Of a DNA stretch of 64,000 bases, positions 1 through 13,299 are shown piece by piece. Location: contig OZ296659.1 in assembly GCA_965655095.1 (NCBI GenBank), positions 35,092,001 through 35,156,000 of the forward strand, read 5' to 3'. The translations under genes and the position numbers were made by a program. Below the pieces are notes generated by a model, which did no database searches, was not told the DNA's origin, and saw only the letters and a program-made list of their open reading frames with translations. The stretch comes from Haplodiscus bocki. Taxonomy: Eukaryota. The first letter of the stretch is position 1. Each line of letters starts with the position of its first letter.

Positions 1-400
1 ACTGAAATGATGAAAACTCAATAACATTCAAACACAAATAGGTCCATTTTTATTTCATTTCTTCAATTCTCGATCTTTGTAAGCACCTAGGTGCTTTGAT
101 GCGTCTTCGCTTTAAAATATGAATCTGTCTTGACTACTTTTTTCTCTATGATGTCTATAAAAACTATTCAAATCCAAATCTGACATACTGCTATGCAGGG
201 ATTTTCGATCAATGCCTCTCCTACCACAATTATCTTTCTCCCTTAGATTACGCTCATCTAATTTTGTTTCAGAGAATTTAGGAATCCGATATGTTTTTCC
301 CCCAAAATATAAAGAAAATAAGATCAAATACTTTATTATTACCTAACCTTTTCTTTAGAGAGTTGATTTGGCTTTACTTTTTGTAAAATAGAGATAGAAA
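1..400 (-). pseudogene. Possible C-terminal half of a Polinton packaging ATPase (very decayed)
   Basis: Weak resemblance of 'KRLGNNKVFD...KTYRIPKF...SMSDLDLNSF' to the RGRHxN..Y..PK..DMDxxEF region of A32-like ATPases; context supports it; no Walker A seen. Confidence 0.25.
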
Positions 401-2029
401 TAGAATTCAATTAAAAATGAGTGCAAAACTTTTGTCAATAGCCGAAGCTGATAGGTTTTGAGAGAACAGAGAAAGAATAGAAGAATTTGATGATCAGGCT
501 TCATCAAACCAAGCTGCTATTGGAAGAGCGTTAGTTGTACAAGATAAGGTGAAAATCATGCTATTCTTCTAATGGGCGATCCAAATATGATTTATCAATG
601 GAGACCCTACACCTTGCTGAAAAACTTGAAGATCTGGAAAATTAGGACCAAAATGCCGTGACGTCATAGATTGATACAGAAGAACAAAGACTTAAGCGGG
701 CCCGGAAAAATCAACAAAAACACCAGAAGCATCAAGAAAGCGGAAAAACATGTAACAGAAATGAAACTCCCGGGATATGGAATTCATTCTGGTAAAATCA
801 GCATTTAATTGGTTATCTGTTTTTGTCTATATACGCAAGCGATCAAATGTAAAGGACAATGGAAACTCTTGGTAACAGTGAAGAAAGTTAGCAAACAAGA
901 TTACCTGAAGCAATGAAGCAGCAACAAGAATCTCATGACAATCTAGCACATCCAGAGATGGGAAAACTTGAAGAAGACATAGATGAAATTCCAAGATCGT
1001 ATATATTAAAAAAAAAGATAACTTATACTTGAAATGAAACCCAAAAACTAAATGCTCAAACTTTTTGAAAAAAAAATCTCGAAAGCTAAGAAAGTTACAG
1101 AAAAAAAAGGAATGAAAGGATGAAAGAAAATATTTCAGCGAAACTAGCGTTATTTGAAAAGAAAAACCAAAGGATGAAGGAAAATTACGAAATCACCTCT
1201 GTAAATGAGATCATGGAAACTATTTTACAGTTGTGATATGATAAAAAAGTTGTTCCATTTGTTTTTAATTATATACCAAGTTTTTGAACAATATTGAAAA
1301 TTCAACATCGTTCATCATTTGAAAAAGTATGGTAAGAAAGAAAATTAGAGAATGAGAGAGGAGGATATTATCCACCTGGTTTGAATTATGGATCTGTCAA
1401 AAGACGTTTCTACAAAGATAATCTCATATGCGAGCAGCAGGACAAAAAAGGACATGGTTTGCATAAAATATAGAACGAAAATAATATATATAGGTAAAGA
1501 TAGGTAAAGATTATCAAGCGAATTGAAAACGATATCTATCAAAAACCTCTCAGATTGATAATCTAGATGGAATTATGAACAAAAAAAAGAAGTCAATATC
1601 TTGGATAACCCAAAAAACAATATCATTATAATCCTATGAAGCTATTAGGAATTAAAAAATTATTAAAAGAAACAAAAAAATTCTACCCTGTATTGGGTTT
1701 TGAAAACAGCTGATAGTGTTGACATTACAGAACTTACAAGCTCAATTAGAACTCCCAGTTTAGTTCGATTTGGATTAATTACAGTACCAATATTTGCTGG
1801 TGTTTCAGTTAATGTAGAAAAATTTAGTGGAATTAATTGTAGAAAACGAAAAACGACTTGTACAAACATATTGTTCAAAACAATACAAGATTTTAGAATA
1901 TCCTATTTTAAAATTTCAGAAGATAGTCAAAAAAGACAAACAGAATACAAAAAACTCTAGATCTACATTATGAATGAACCAAAAACAAAAAAGTTTAACC
2001 CCTTGTAGTTTAACAAAAAAAATCAACAG

Positions 2030-3000
2030 TTAATAAAATAACTTGTTCAGTAAAATACACAGAGTTCAGCCTGAAAAATCAGTGGAACAATTTTCCACCA
2101 CTTGTGCCAGAGACAAGAAAAAGTTAGATTTTGTTGAAGACTTACCTCTTAGTTAAGCAACAGTCAATATTAAGAACAGCAAAAACAAAAAAAACATTCC
2201 ACGTGCAGCAGGTATCAATTCCTTCCATTTAGTTATAGTATTGGAGTTCGATGCAACACATGATGTTGCTGCAAAAATTCACAATGGTAATGGCGACGAT
2301 ATCGCGTTAATATTTTGTGGGCCCGTTGCTCCATTTAGAGAGGCAAAAGTAACAATCACCTCTGAAAACATCATGAGAAAGTTGAAAATCTTCAGACTGA
2401 TAGTTCAATGCATAAACTGCCAATATGCTCAGCTGGAACATACGGTTAATTGTACGAATTCGACTCTAATATTGTAAAAAGGAAGAAGAACTAACGACAA
2501 TAAGAAGTAGTATAGGAACTGTTTTTATGATTGATTACGAATGAAAAATATCTTCCATTTAGCCAATCAACATGAACTTACAAAAGGATTAGGATAAATT
2601 CTTATTCGAAAAAGTATGAATAACAAGGATGCTGCTTCAAAAACGGCCACTCCCGCAGCAGCAAAAATTGCCATTAAAGATATATCAGAGTATGTCGAAC
2701 ATTCATCCCCTAACCTTGAAGAAAATCAACGAAAAGCTGTCAATGAAAATCCAGCAAAACGTGCAGAAAAAAAGATATTATGTGGAACTTTTACTGATTG
2801 AACGCGGACTTTTGAAAATGGCAACAGAGAGCGGAAAACTTATTGCAACTTAAGTTGTAGGATTTATAGCAAATATTAAATTTGATTGTCGAACAAATCG
2901 TAATTCCACCCCTGATCTACTCGCAGTAAGTAGTGCAGCTTGTAGAACTGGACCGGAACGCTATCTAGAAAAATATATGATACTTGATTATCCTAGAAAT
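2030..3000 (+). pseudogene. Probable major capsid protein remnant of the old Polinton
   Basis: 'EFDATHDVAA..NGDDIALIFCGPVAPFREAKVTITS' resembles Polinton MCP N-terminal strands as recalled; many stops; needs an HMM check. Confidence 0.35.
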
Positions 3001-3819
3001 GAATGTCATGAAGCAAAATATGGCAAAAAAAATTAACTACACAGAAGATAGGGCATTGAGTCTCTTTTGTAGACGCAGAACCCTTTAAGGAAAACTATAA
3101 ATCATAGGTATTGGATGTAAAAAACCAAAGAGATTGAATAGGTGTTCAAGAAATTGAATATTACCGGTAACCACCAAAGGTGATTCGACCAGTTAATGGA
3201 GAAATTCGATTTTCCTCTGAGATAATCTATTATTTTTTCCCGAATGTGGTTCTCTAGAGGTCCATTACCATCTGCTAGTGCTTTTGCTATACCTTCAATG
3301 GATGTTTCGCTGTTTAATTACGGGTTCAATAACTTGTAATATATCATAATCAAACTCAATCGGTTTTTCGCCCAAAATGCTTGGAAACTTTTCTTCAGAT
3401 TCTGCGTTTTGTAGTTTTTTTATTGAAAAATTATTGAAAATATTTATTCTTGATTGTGAACAATTATACAGACGAAAACTGATAAAATTTATGCTTTGTT
3501 TCCATAGAGCCTCACTCATTGCTCAGTTCAGAGTTAGTGAATTTTAAAAGGAATGAAAGATCTACTTGTTGAATGATAAAGTTTGTAACGGAAGGAGCAC
3601 TTGCAGTTACAGCTTCAGGAATTATAGTTGCAAAAGCAATTTCTGAATCGACTTGAGAGAATTACCAAACCATTCCACCGCAGCTGTATTATCAGATACA
3701 ATCTAAGTTTTTTTTTAACAAATTTTACAAAAAATTCAGCATAATTATAACTGTTAGGCAGTAATTAAATAACTACTGGGGTTAAAATAGTTCTTGCTGA
3801 GTGTTGTTTTCCTCTAACT

Positions 3820-4850
3820 CTAGAAGATAAACGTTGAATTAAAATCAACAGGATTAACACCATCTTCGAAGTACAAAGTAGAGTCGGCCACTAAGCAAAT
3901 CTTTATATTTTTTCGGAAATAGAAGTGATGTAGGTTCTTCAAAAATTTCAAAAACCTGGTGAAAAATAAGACTAAAAGAAAATAATACACTCTTGCGAAT
4001 TCTGTTGAAAACTGAACCATCAAAACAATTAAAAAATAAATAGAATTTATCAAAACCGGTGATGTTGGCAAGTTTTCCACTTATATGTGTTCTAGCCGCG
4101 TACTTCGTTTTCGTAATGACTAAAACCTCGTAAACCGTGAATTGCAAAAAATATCACGACGAGTTGTTAGAATTACTTTTGTTGTTTTTTCATCACCTCT
4201 ATCATAGATCTGTAAAACAATTTTGACGTCTTCCAACTCATATAGGCCAGGTGGCAAGACGTGAAACGAAGGCAATCTACACCAGCAGTTTGAATTGAAC
4301 CCGTAAAAATTCTCTTTCTTCTATTGTTAACTGCATTCAAAATAAAAGTAATACCTTCATCATTATGTCGACATTTAATTTTCTGTAAACCATCTATGAA
4401 AACTTCCTTGGTTTTTCATATTCAAGATCTGATCAGTAATAAACAGTTTTCGCATAAATCAAGCATAATAAACATGGGTAAGTGAATCTATTTCGATTCC
4501 ATATTCATTTGCTAAATCATTTCTCTCTGGTAATTCAGATTCAGGTGAATTTTGATCAAAACAAAATTAATTTGGCTGATATCTACAGGTTCTTGTTGAT
4601 AGTATACAGGAACATCGAAAATGAATCTATTTTCATCAGTTATATTATGAAGTGTATTGTTAACATGTGAATTAGCAACTCCCATCATCTATTTCGTAAA
4701 CGAAAATGTAGCTGCCGAAAAGACTAAAGGGATAGCAAACGCAAAACTCTCTTTGATCTGATTTATCTTAAAAACTAAAGTCTCTTTTGGCTCAGCATGA
4801 GTATTCATCTCAACTTTAGCAATTTATTTTTGCTAGTTTTAAAAGGAAGA
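3820..4850 (-). pseudogene. Minor capsid (penton)-like remnant of the old Polinton
   Basis: 'NTHAEPKETLVFK', 'NITGFDKFYLFFNCFDGSVFNRIRKSVLFSFSL...EEP' and 'LYFEDGVNPVDFN' match the Polinton penton pattern (NIT.IDK.HL.CD.I.GS..NG.R..ILYSF.L; FYLED....VDFNG). Confidence 0.5.
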
Positions 4851-5559
4851 TATTCAATTTTATTAGATGGCGTAAATTTTCAGAGATCCATTTCAATGAT
4901 TCTACGGAGAAAAAATTCCATAAAACGACGAGCAGTGATATTATTATGAATTCTAGGAGAGAAATTTTCACGAAGAATTTCACAGCGATCTCGCAGTTGC
5001 TTTTTTGTGTTGTTGAGTATCTTCTTCAGTTTCACACAATGTAACAATTCACACCATCAATGTGGACGTTTCTTGTAGTAATTTAGAAAAGTATAAGTTG
5101 AAAACAAACTCTTTTAGAGTGCGTTGAAAGAAGTACATTGAATGAACAATAGAATAACAGTATCATGCACTGTATGAATCTTTGCTTCGTTCTTTAATCC
5201 GATAGTCAGAACAGAAATACCATATTTTTCAAATACCTAAGAGTATTACAAGGAGGGGTGACAGCCATAGGCACCAAAACAATTTTCATTTGAAAAAGCA
5301 ATTCAATGTGATCCTTCAGTCAGATGTAGGTTTACAAATCCGGAAGTGGTTTCGAATTTATCGAAGAATCGTTTCTCATGTACACGGAGACTTTAGTCTC
5401 GGATGTTGTAGACTCTTTGCGTCATAGCTGAAAATCTAAGAATTGCATGTGGTTCAATAATAGATTTTAATTCATTCCTTAGATTGTATGTTAATAACAA
5501 GTCTTTTGAAATCCATCTACTAAAAATTTACTTCCAAGGTTCACTCTAAATTGCATTTA

Positions 5560-6230
5560 TACATTTTCTTTTATCGTCAAATAAATTTTGTGCAAGTTTT
5601 CATAACTTTTTGGAAAAATTCTCAGGGTTATAATCTTTAACCACAAATTCATCTATTTAGTCTTCTTATTCATCTCCTCCGAAGAAACAAATTTAATTTT
5701 TCAAATTTTTTCTCCAATAGTCGTATGGTATATGTTCTTAATTTAACTTTACTTTCTTCTTCACTCTCACATTTGAACATATAAGCTTTTGATCTCATTG
5801 CACAAAACTCATGTATCCAACAACGTCTGGATGTTTCTATCTTGAACTAACCTAAAGCATCTTCATTTTCGGTACACTGAAGCGGATGGTCTTCGTATAG
5901 TTCACTAATGTTGAATAAGTTTATTGTTATGGGTGTTATACATGATGACTTTGGACAGTTCAAAGACAGCAAATCATACATATATTGGTTAATCCATCAT
6001 AACATCTTTAGTTTTGAACCAAAATGTTAAACATTCATATGATTTTGATCCAAAGAATTTATACTTACATCGTAATCTGGCATAAGTTCTATTTCTGTAC
6101 GGGAAGTTAACATTCACACGATTGCAAAAATTCTCCAAGGCTTTTCCAAGGAAGAGACTTACAATAAATTTATGAAAGTCTCAAATCAAATCTATCTTTA
6201 GTAACAGTATAAAAAACAGAATTATATAAA
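5560..6230 (-). pseudogene. Protein-primed DNA polymerase B, C-terminal part (old Polinton)
   Basis: Decayed motif B 'DFHKFIVSLFLGKALENFCNR' (KxxxNxxYGK.MEN.RNR), 'MD*PIYV*FAVFELSKVIMY', 'LG*FKIETSRRCWIHEFCAMRSKAYMFK'; the YxDTDS segment is deleted. Confidence 0.75.
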
Positions 6231-6239
6231 CATAATAAC

Positions 6240-9200
6240 GAAGTTGCAAGCACCGTTGCAGGGGGTGACTGCTATGTAAAGATCATGTTGTACAGTTACT
6301 GCATCTACAACCAATGCTCCAGCTGCAGAAGCTGTTGTCAGAGTACTTTGTTCCAAAAATGCTCCAGAAGAATCTCAGGAGCTGCGCTATGATTAACAGC
6401 GGCTTTGTTACTTATTAAAAAGGTTTGTTTCATCTTTTGTATGGTGTCTGTTCTAAGACCCAGTGGAAGAGGACAATTTTCAGCGACCGGGTGAAAACTT
6501 CATTCATCGCAGATGCGAATACCCGCTGCTAGTTTGCGCACTGTTCTATCCACCAGAAAACTTCAAGAAGCAACAAAGGACATTTGCCCAAAATGAACTC
6601 CCTGCTGAAATTGACCCGCCGAAGATTTTATCTGTACCTGGCTTAAGCTTCAATTCTCGACAGCCAAACAAGGACAGAGTTGATCGAAACATCTTGAACA
6701 CAGACCTGAAGAGGGAAACAGATTTCATCATCTGGCCAGATACTATAAACAACTCGGTATCGAAGCAACCCGGAAGCGGTTCACACCTGCAACCTGAAGA
6801 ACTGGTTGACAATCTGGTGGGATTGAAAACCAGTTTCAAGGCAATTGTCTACATTCAACGAAACAGAGCTCTGAACAATTTGAAGGAACTGAAAGAAAAA
6901 GGCATAGTGATTATCAACGGCAATGGTGATCTGCTTTCCAATCGAGCTTCTAAGGATAAAGAGCTGGTTGCAAGTTTGCGTGAGCTGCACATTGACCCAG
7001 ACTTGGAACACAGGATCTTCCGATCAGCGTTCAAATTCCACATTCTCTGTCTCTCTGTGTGAAACTTGGCTTGACAGTAGTTTCAATGATGGTGAACTTT
7101 CTCTTCCTCAGTTTTCTTTCCTTCGTGGTGAGAGGGTAGCCTCCAAGCATGGAGGCGCCTTGATTGCAATCCACAATTCCCTAGAATTTCAGTCCTTGAA
7201 CTTGCACCTACTTGAAAACTGTTGCTGCCTCGCTGCTTCGATCAAATGTGCTCGCCTTTTCGTGTTTCTTTCCGCATACAACCCGCCCGCAAGCAATAAA
7301 AATTGTTGGCCTTCTGAGTTATACCACCAAGTTTTGAAACAACTCAGAAATGAGTACCCTGGCATTTCTTTAGTTCTCTCAGGGAATCTCAATCTTCCCA
7401 ATGCAAACTAGTAAGATATGTTCAGCACCATTGGCTACGAAAAAACATGTCCCGACATCGTCCAAGACTTCAACCTCATCCAAATGAAAAAGGAACAAAC
7501 AACTTTTTCCAATCTCGTGTGCCTCACTACGAACCCAGAACTGATCATATCAGTCAACACTCAGAAAGCTCATGCTTCCTCTGATCAACTGTCTTTGTGT
7601 GTGCAAATAAACACAAATATCAACCTGGAACAACTGAAGCCTGTAGAAAGGAGGAAACTCAAGCTGACTGATACTGAGAAACTGGGTAAGCGTTGTCCTT
7701 GTCACCGTTATGTCCACACTGTCGGACGAATCCAACTCTTTTGGTCTCCAGATGGCATGAAGAGCTGAAAGCTTTCCTCTATGAACACGCTCCCCTCAAA
7801 ACATCTCACAAGGTTCATCTTCCCCCATGGATCTCTCCAAGAAACTCAAACCTTATGAAGAAGATCAACACGATTCGATTGCATCCTAAGCCCACTTTGT
7901 CGTATCAAAAAAAACTCCTGGAAGCTAAGAAACAAGTAAAACTGTGCTCAGATGAGGACCTTGCATTCTACCAATCCAAAGTTTTTGAATCGAGGAAGCG
8001 GAGGCGATCTTCAAGCATCTGAGAAAGGTGAAGAGCCGACCCTGGTTGCCCTCTGTCGTTCGTAATGATTCTGCAGAAGCTGAGTCGCCCCTCCAGAAAG
8101 CCCGCTTGTTCAACCGACTATTTCCGCTCTGTACAAATTAGTCAGGGCAAATGGCCTCTCATTCCTAGCTCTGCTCTCAGACACACTATTTAGGGTGACT
8201 TTGACAGCAGTCCCCAACATACCGAAATGATTCCAAGTGGTCTTGATCCATGGAAAGCAACAGGACATGAAGGAATCCCAAACTACCTTTAAGTCCTTCT
8301 CCCATAGCTTGTCAAAGTCGCTCTCGGTCGTTTTCGAAAAGTCCAAGCAAACAGGAAATTTTTCCTGCCAATGGAAAGTGCCACAAATCAAGCCAATATT
8401 CAAAAATGGGGCGAAGGACTCAGTTGCTAACTACCGGCCCGTAGCTCTTGCAACTTGTGTCAGCAAAGCTTATGAAAGATGCCTTTTTGATCAACTCCTC
8501 GGCGTCGTGAGTGGCAAAATCTCAGCAGAGTTCGGTTTCCGAAAAGGAAGATCTTGTGTACTGCAGCTCCTTGACTCGCTTCAAAAAAACTTTGACAGTC
8601 GTGACAAAAAGATTTCATCACATGATATGTATTTGGATTTGCGTAAACCTTTCGACAACGTTGACCATGGCATACTTACACAGAAGCTCTATAAAATGAG
8701 CATTTCGGGCTACCTTCTACGAATCATTATGAACTACCTGCACAATAGAAACATGTGATAGTTGAAAATCAAACATCTGAGGCTTGCGATGTGACTAGCG
8801 CAGTACCACAGGGCTCTATCTTGGGCTCCCTGCTTTTTCTTGTTTACATCAACGATCTTCCGGATCAGCTGTCCTCCTGCCTCGCTCTTGTGTATCTCCT
8901 TGCTGATGACAGCAATTGCTTGCTCTCAATTGCGACCTGATTGAAAGTTTTCCGTTATTGCAAAAATGGGCATTTAACAATAGAATGATTTTCCATCCGC
9001 AGAAACCAATATTTAGTTTCGATGGAAACCCACCCCATATAAGTTTTGCAATGAAGCTATTGAGGTGACCCGTACTCATCGTGATTTGGGTTTCATAATG
9101 AATGACAATCTTAGTTGGACTGATCACGTTCACAACCGGCTGAAGAACGCTTACCAATCCTTCTACCTTATTAGGGGAAATACCTCCACTAAGTTTTCTA

Positions 9201-9612
9201 GTCGAAGGAAAGTGAACTGGTATGCCACACGCGGTGACATGAAAAAAACTTCAATTGCTCCAAAATAAAACCACTCGCTGGATCTTGCCGTCTGTGAAGG
9301 ATTACAGGGCGCTTCTTGCTCAACTGGCAGTACTGCCGATTCCAAATGGTGGACATTCTTACTTTGGTAAAGATGTTCAATTCCTATTTTGATTATGATT
9401 TTAGCGACATCTTTTCAAAACAGCCTGGACCCAAACGCGAAAACCGACTCATCCCAGTGTGCCTGAAGACACCAAGGACTGAGGTTATGCACCAAGATTT
9501 CATTCTGAGGACATGCCGTCTGATCTCTCATATACTATCTTTTGACGTTACAAAGCTGATGGGAATCAAAACGCAGATCCTGAGATTCTTCTGGAACTTT
9601 TTCGATTCAAAA
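6240..9612 (+). mobile_element. Degenerate non-LTR retrotransposon (CR1/L2-like LINE) inserted in the old Polinton polB
   Basis: ORF1-like segment 6463-~6960 followed by frameshifted ORF2 with APE and RT motifs; polB reading resumes on both sides; boundaries approximate. Confidence 0.85.
6960..9612 (+). pseudogene. LINE ORF2 (AP endonuclease + reverse transcriptase), disrupted
   Basis: APE: 'LCETWL', 'RGER...HGGALI', 'AYNPP', 'GNLNLP', 'SSDQ'. RT: 'WK...IKPIFKNG....ANYRPVAL..CVSKAYER', 'FGFRKGRSC', 'YLDLRKPFDNVDH', 'VPQGSILGSLLFLVYINDLP', 'LADDS', 'RDLGFI....LSW..HV'. Confidence 0.9.
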
Positions 9613-12100
9613 TACTCAATATCATTTTCAAAACAATTTTCGAAGAACTGTTGATGTTCGCAGCTTATGAAATCATGTTAATACGCCGCATATATGCCTT
9701 TCAAAAAATGGAATTTTACATTTCTATAACGTACCAAACTTTTTTTAGTTCGGCCGATCACGAATTATTTTTTATTGTGGAGTAAAAATTCTCACATCTT
9801 CAAGCACATGTTTTTTCAGAATTTTTATTTTTCTTTGGACAGCACGGGGAATTCCGCGATCACTCGCGTGCTTTACCTATATTCTGCCTGACCATGTGCA
9901 AAATAGTCAACATCAGCATCATCTGGTGTTGCGATAATTATACCAATCTCTTGAGATTTGTGAAACTTGACATCTACCCACGGTAAATTCTGTTATATGG
10001 CCCAACCATAAAAATGAGTTTCATCTACAGACAAAATATTTGTCAGTAGCGTCAGATCAGACACCAAAAAAACCCTCCGCGGATATCCGATTTGTCCCTT
10101 AATTTAAGGAAACAAATCTTTACCTTGTTTAACCTCCAATTCTATTCCAACATATATCAACAGCTCAAGTAAAACCAGGTTTTGCAACATACTATTTTGG
10201 TATGATAGTTAGATTTCCAACTGCTTTTTTCATCAACTGCTCAAATACATCAGCTGGTAAGGTCAAATCAGATACCATCAACAACATTGTTATATCCCTG
10301 CCAATATTAAGGTGAAACTCTTATTACATCAGTTTGAAGTTTTTCTACTTTCTCCGGGGAGTTTCTTTACAATACAGAACAGAAAAGCTTACGCTCCAGT
10401 TTAAAGAGTCGTTCACTAAAATCATCAATTGAATTAAAGCGTTCAAAAAGGTATGCTAACTGTTTACTAAAAAATCATCCTATGTACGACGAAAATTCAT
10501 TACTTTAGTAGTATCTCCAGATTCAGGATTTAATTCAAGCATAGTCATTGAACCGAAATTTTTTTCAAACACTAGTGTGGTCTCAGAGATGAGAAGTCTT
10601 CCCAAGTTATTTTGGAGTCTGCTAACTTAAAATTTCCTACTTAGCTATCACCTGAAAGAAGGTATCTGTAACATTCTATGAATCTTAAACACCCCTATTC
10701 TACGGAAGTGAAAAATTCAGTTGTTTTTGAAAAAACCTTCAGTTTATCCTCGTCGTTTCCAATTTTTTTTTGCTGAAGCTTTGAAAAACAAGTGAGAAAC
10801 ATAAATACTAATCTGTGAAGACGTACTGAAACGGAACTGGAAATTGACTTCCTAACAATTAAATTTCGGGATTGATGAGCAGCTCTTCTATATTCTCCGG
10901 TTAAATGACAAGGATGTCTTGCTCAACTGTCATTATTTGTTGGCTTGCCATCTCAATAAAAACATTGTGTGGTATCTTCAAACTGCTGCTCATCATCTTC
11001 TGCCATTAGAAAAACATTACACACTCTAATTTTACCATATCATTAACAAAAGCTATCATTAACATTTTTCCAAAGTGCGAAAGATCTACTCATGGTATTT
11101 CATCGTCTTCCATATCTGATACATCATGATTAAACAGCTATAGAAATTTTTCATTAGATTTGCTGAATTCAAAAAAACTTCTCTGTGAAACTTCATGAAA
11201 AATGGTTCATTACCTATAAATTGATTCTGATGTTTGATCAAAACTTCTTTCCTCGAAGGATGTAAAACAACTTTTATAAACATGTCTCACATGAGGTTTA
11301 CCTAGAAATTTATTCAACTTTTTTATTGGACGATAAAACTTTTTTTTTACAATTGTGAATCTACAACTCAACTACCGTTTGAAAAGCTTTTTAGAAACAA
11401 ATCAAGGTTTGATTTTATATTCGAAATCATCAAGTTCAAAGACGAGATTGGTTAACAGATTCTGATAATCTAATTTGTCGAACTCTAGTTTTAATACCAT
11501 TATCGCAGTCTATCCCTTTTGCTTCTACAATATAGGTTTTTTTCCATTGAGAAACTCTCTCAGCATTTTTTAAACAGGATAAGGATATTCTAAAATAGAC
11601 CATATGGCAGGGTATTTATCATCCTTTCAATTGTTTAGGATTGATTTAGTTTTTATCAACAACATAACGACATTGTTTTGAAGACACCATGTAACAGATT
11701 TAAGTTGAACAAATCAGCAACGAGCAGTTTTCATCTCTAGGTTTTTGACATCAATTTTCAATTGAGATTCTAAAACTAATGAATCTGAAACTCTCCGTGT
11801 TCTCATCTGATGCATTTTCAGGACACTTGTTTTCAAATATAACTTTGATGATAGATTTTATTTTGAAAATTCGTTGCTCAATCCGTCGTAATAAAATCTT
11901 TCATTTTTTAACAATAGGATAAGCATCTTCGCGAAGCAAAGCTTACGCATCTTCAACACACAATAACTTCTACAAAAACAAAATCGTCTCCAGCAGTTTT
12001 GTATTAAATCATCTATCTAGTGCTCGTCTATTTTGATCTGAGAGGAAAAAATGGAATTGAATCTTAGTTCCTAACCACTGGAGCCACGTCTTTCCCCATT
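9613..12100 (-). pseudogene. Protein-primed DNA polymerase B, N-terminal/central part (old Polinton)
   Basis: 'DDKYPAIWSILEYPYP' (DDxxCFxWS), 'CLRFIECYRYL' (RFIDSYRF), 'KQLAYLFERFNS' (YPYEY), 'DIRGG', motif A 'ILSVDETHFYGWAI*QNLP' (DANNLYGWAMSQ.LP), 'LVRYRNVKF'. Confidence 0.75.
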
Positions 12101-12599
12101 AAAGATATTATTGGTTGTGAGTCTTTTTTTCGTGGAGGGTTTTGATAATTCATGAGTAGTATTTGATTTTTATTATACAAACTAAAAATTTCACATATTC
12201 TTCTATCTCTATTGTTCAACAAAGAATACTCAGCTTAGGGGTTTTAACAGTTTCATGTAATCACAAAAGAGCTTAATAAATTCTTCGATGCCCTAAAAAT
12301 TCCTCAGATTTAAAAGGCTTTTAGATTTTGAAAGGAGGTTCCTCAGGTGTTTCATACAATTGATCACAAGTTTGACATCATTTTTCTACGCTATAAATTC
12401 GATGCTTTTTTCAAATCGAAAACGCCGTGCAACAATTGGTCGAAGTAAGGAGATATTGCAGTGAAAACAATGTCTTGTGTCTTTTGACATTTCATCAATT
12501 GCTTCACGAGTCTCCCTTCAAAATGAATTTTTTTGTTATATCACAATTTCTCTTTCAAATTGGATAGTTTTATCATCACACTGTCGTTTTCTTTCGAAA

Positions 12600-13296
12600 A
12601 AGGAGATGCTGTATTCACATTGCTTCAATATAATTTTCCAAGGAATCTGCGAGTCTGTAACAAGAATAGAAGTGTATCATCTACAATTTCTGTAATTGTA
12701 TAACGTTCATAACTCCAGATTGTACTATCGCCTTTAGAAAATTTTAGTCCAAAAACAGTAGCTCTAACTGAATCTTCTGTATTATGTTTACGTTTACTCT
12801 TCTTTTGGTCACCTTATAGGTTCCCTAGATTTCTCATTAATCTTGAGTGAAGAATCAACAGGGGTCATTTTAGTTGAACTGTGTTGTCAAATTCTTACAG
12901 GTAGAGAAGATAGTTCACGAAACCCATTAGCATAACCATTTAAAAACCAGGTTTCCCTAACAAATTAGGAAAAAATCTAGTGAATCTTTCACCGAATACT
13001 GACTGATCAATAGAAAAATATCTGATAGACTTCTTTTAGAAAAATATCAGCTAAATCTTCTAGCGCCTTCACGGAGGAGCAGAAATGAAAGTTTTATTCA
13101 CATTTGCTTAACCGTTATCAGTTTCTATCAAATTTATTTCGCTTTTTGACAAGAAAAGAACGTTCGAAACTCCAACTAAAACAAAACTCCAAGTATCATC
13201 AAATGTTTTCAGTTCAGTTTTATATGTATCATAATTCTTTTTAGGCTTGAAATGAAAATCTTCAAAAAACATATCAACTCTTGGTTGACTCTTCAT
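12600..13296 (-). pseudogene. Polinton retroviral-like (rve) integrase, decayed
   Basis: 'FHFKPKKNYDTYKT...FDDTWS', 'NLIETDNG' (TDxGxEF), 'VFGERFTR' (AERFNR), 'HSSTKMTP', 'FSKGDSTIWSYERYTITEI'. Confidence 0.75.
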
Positions 13297-13299
13297 TTA

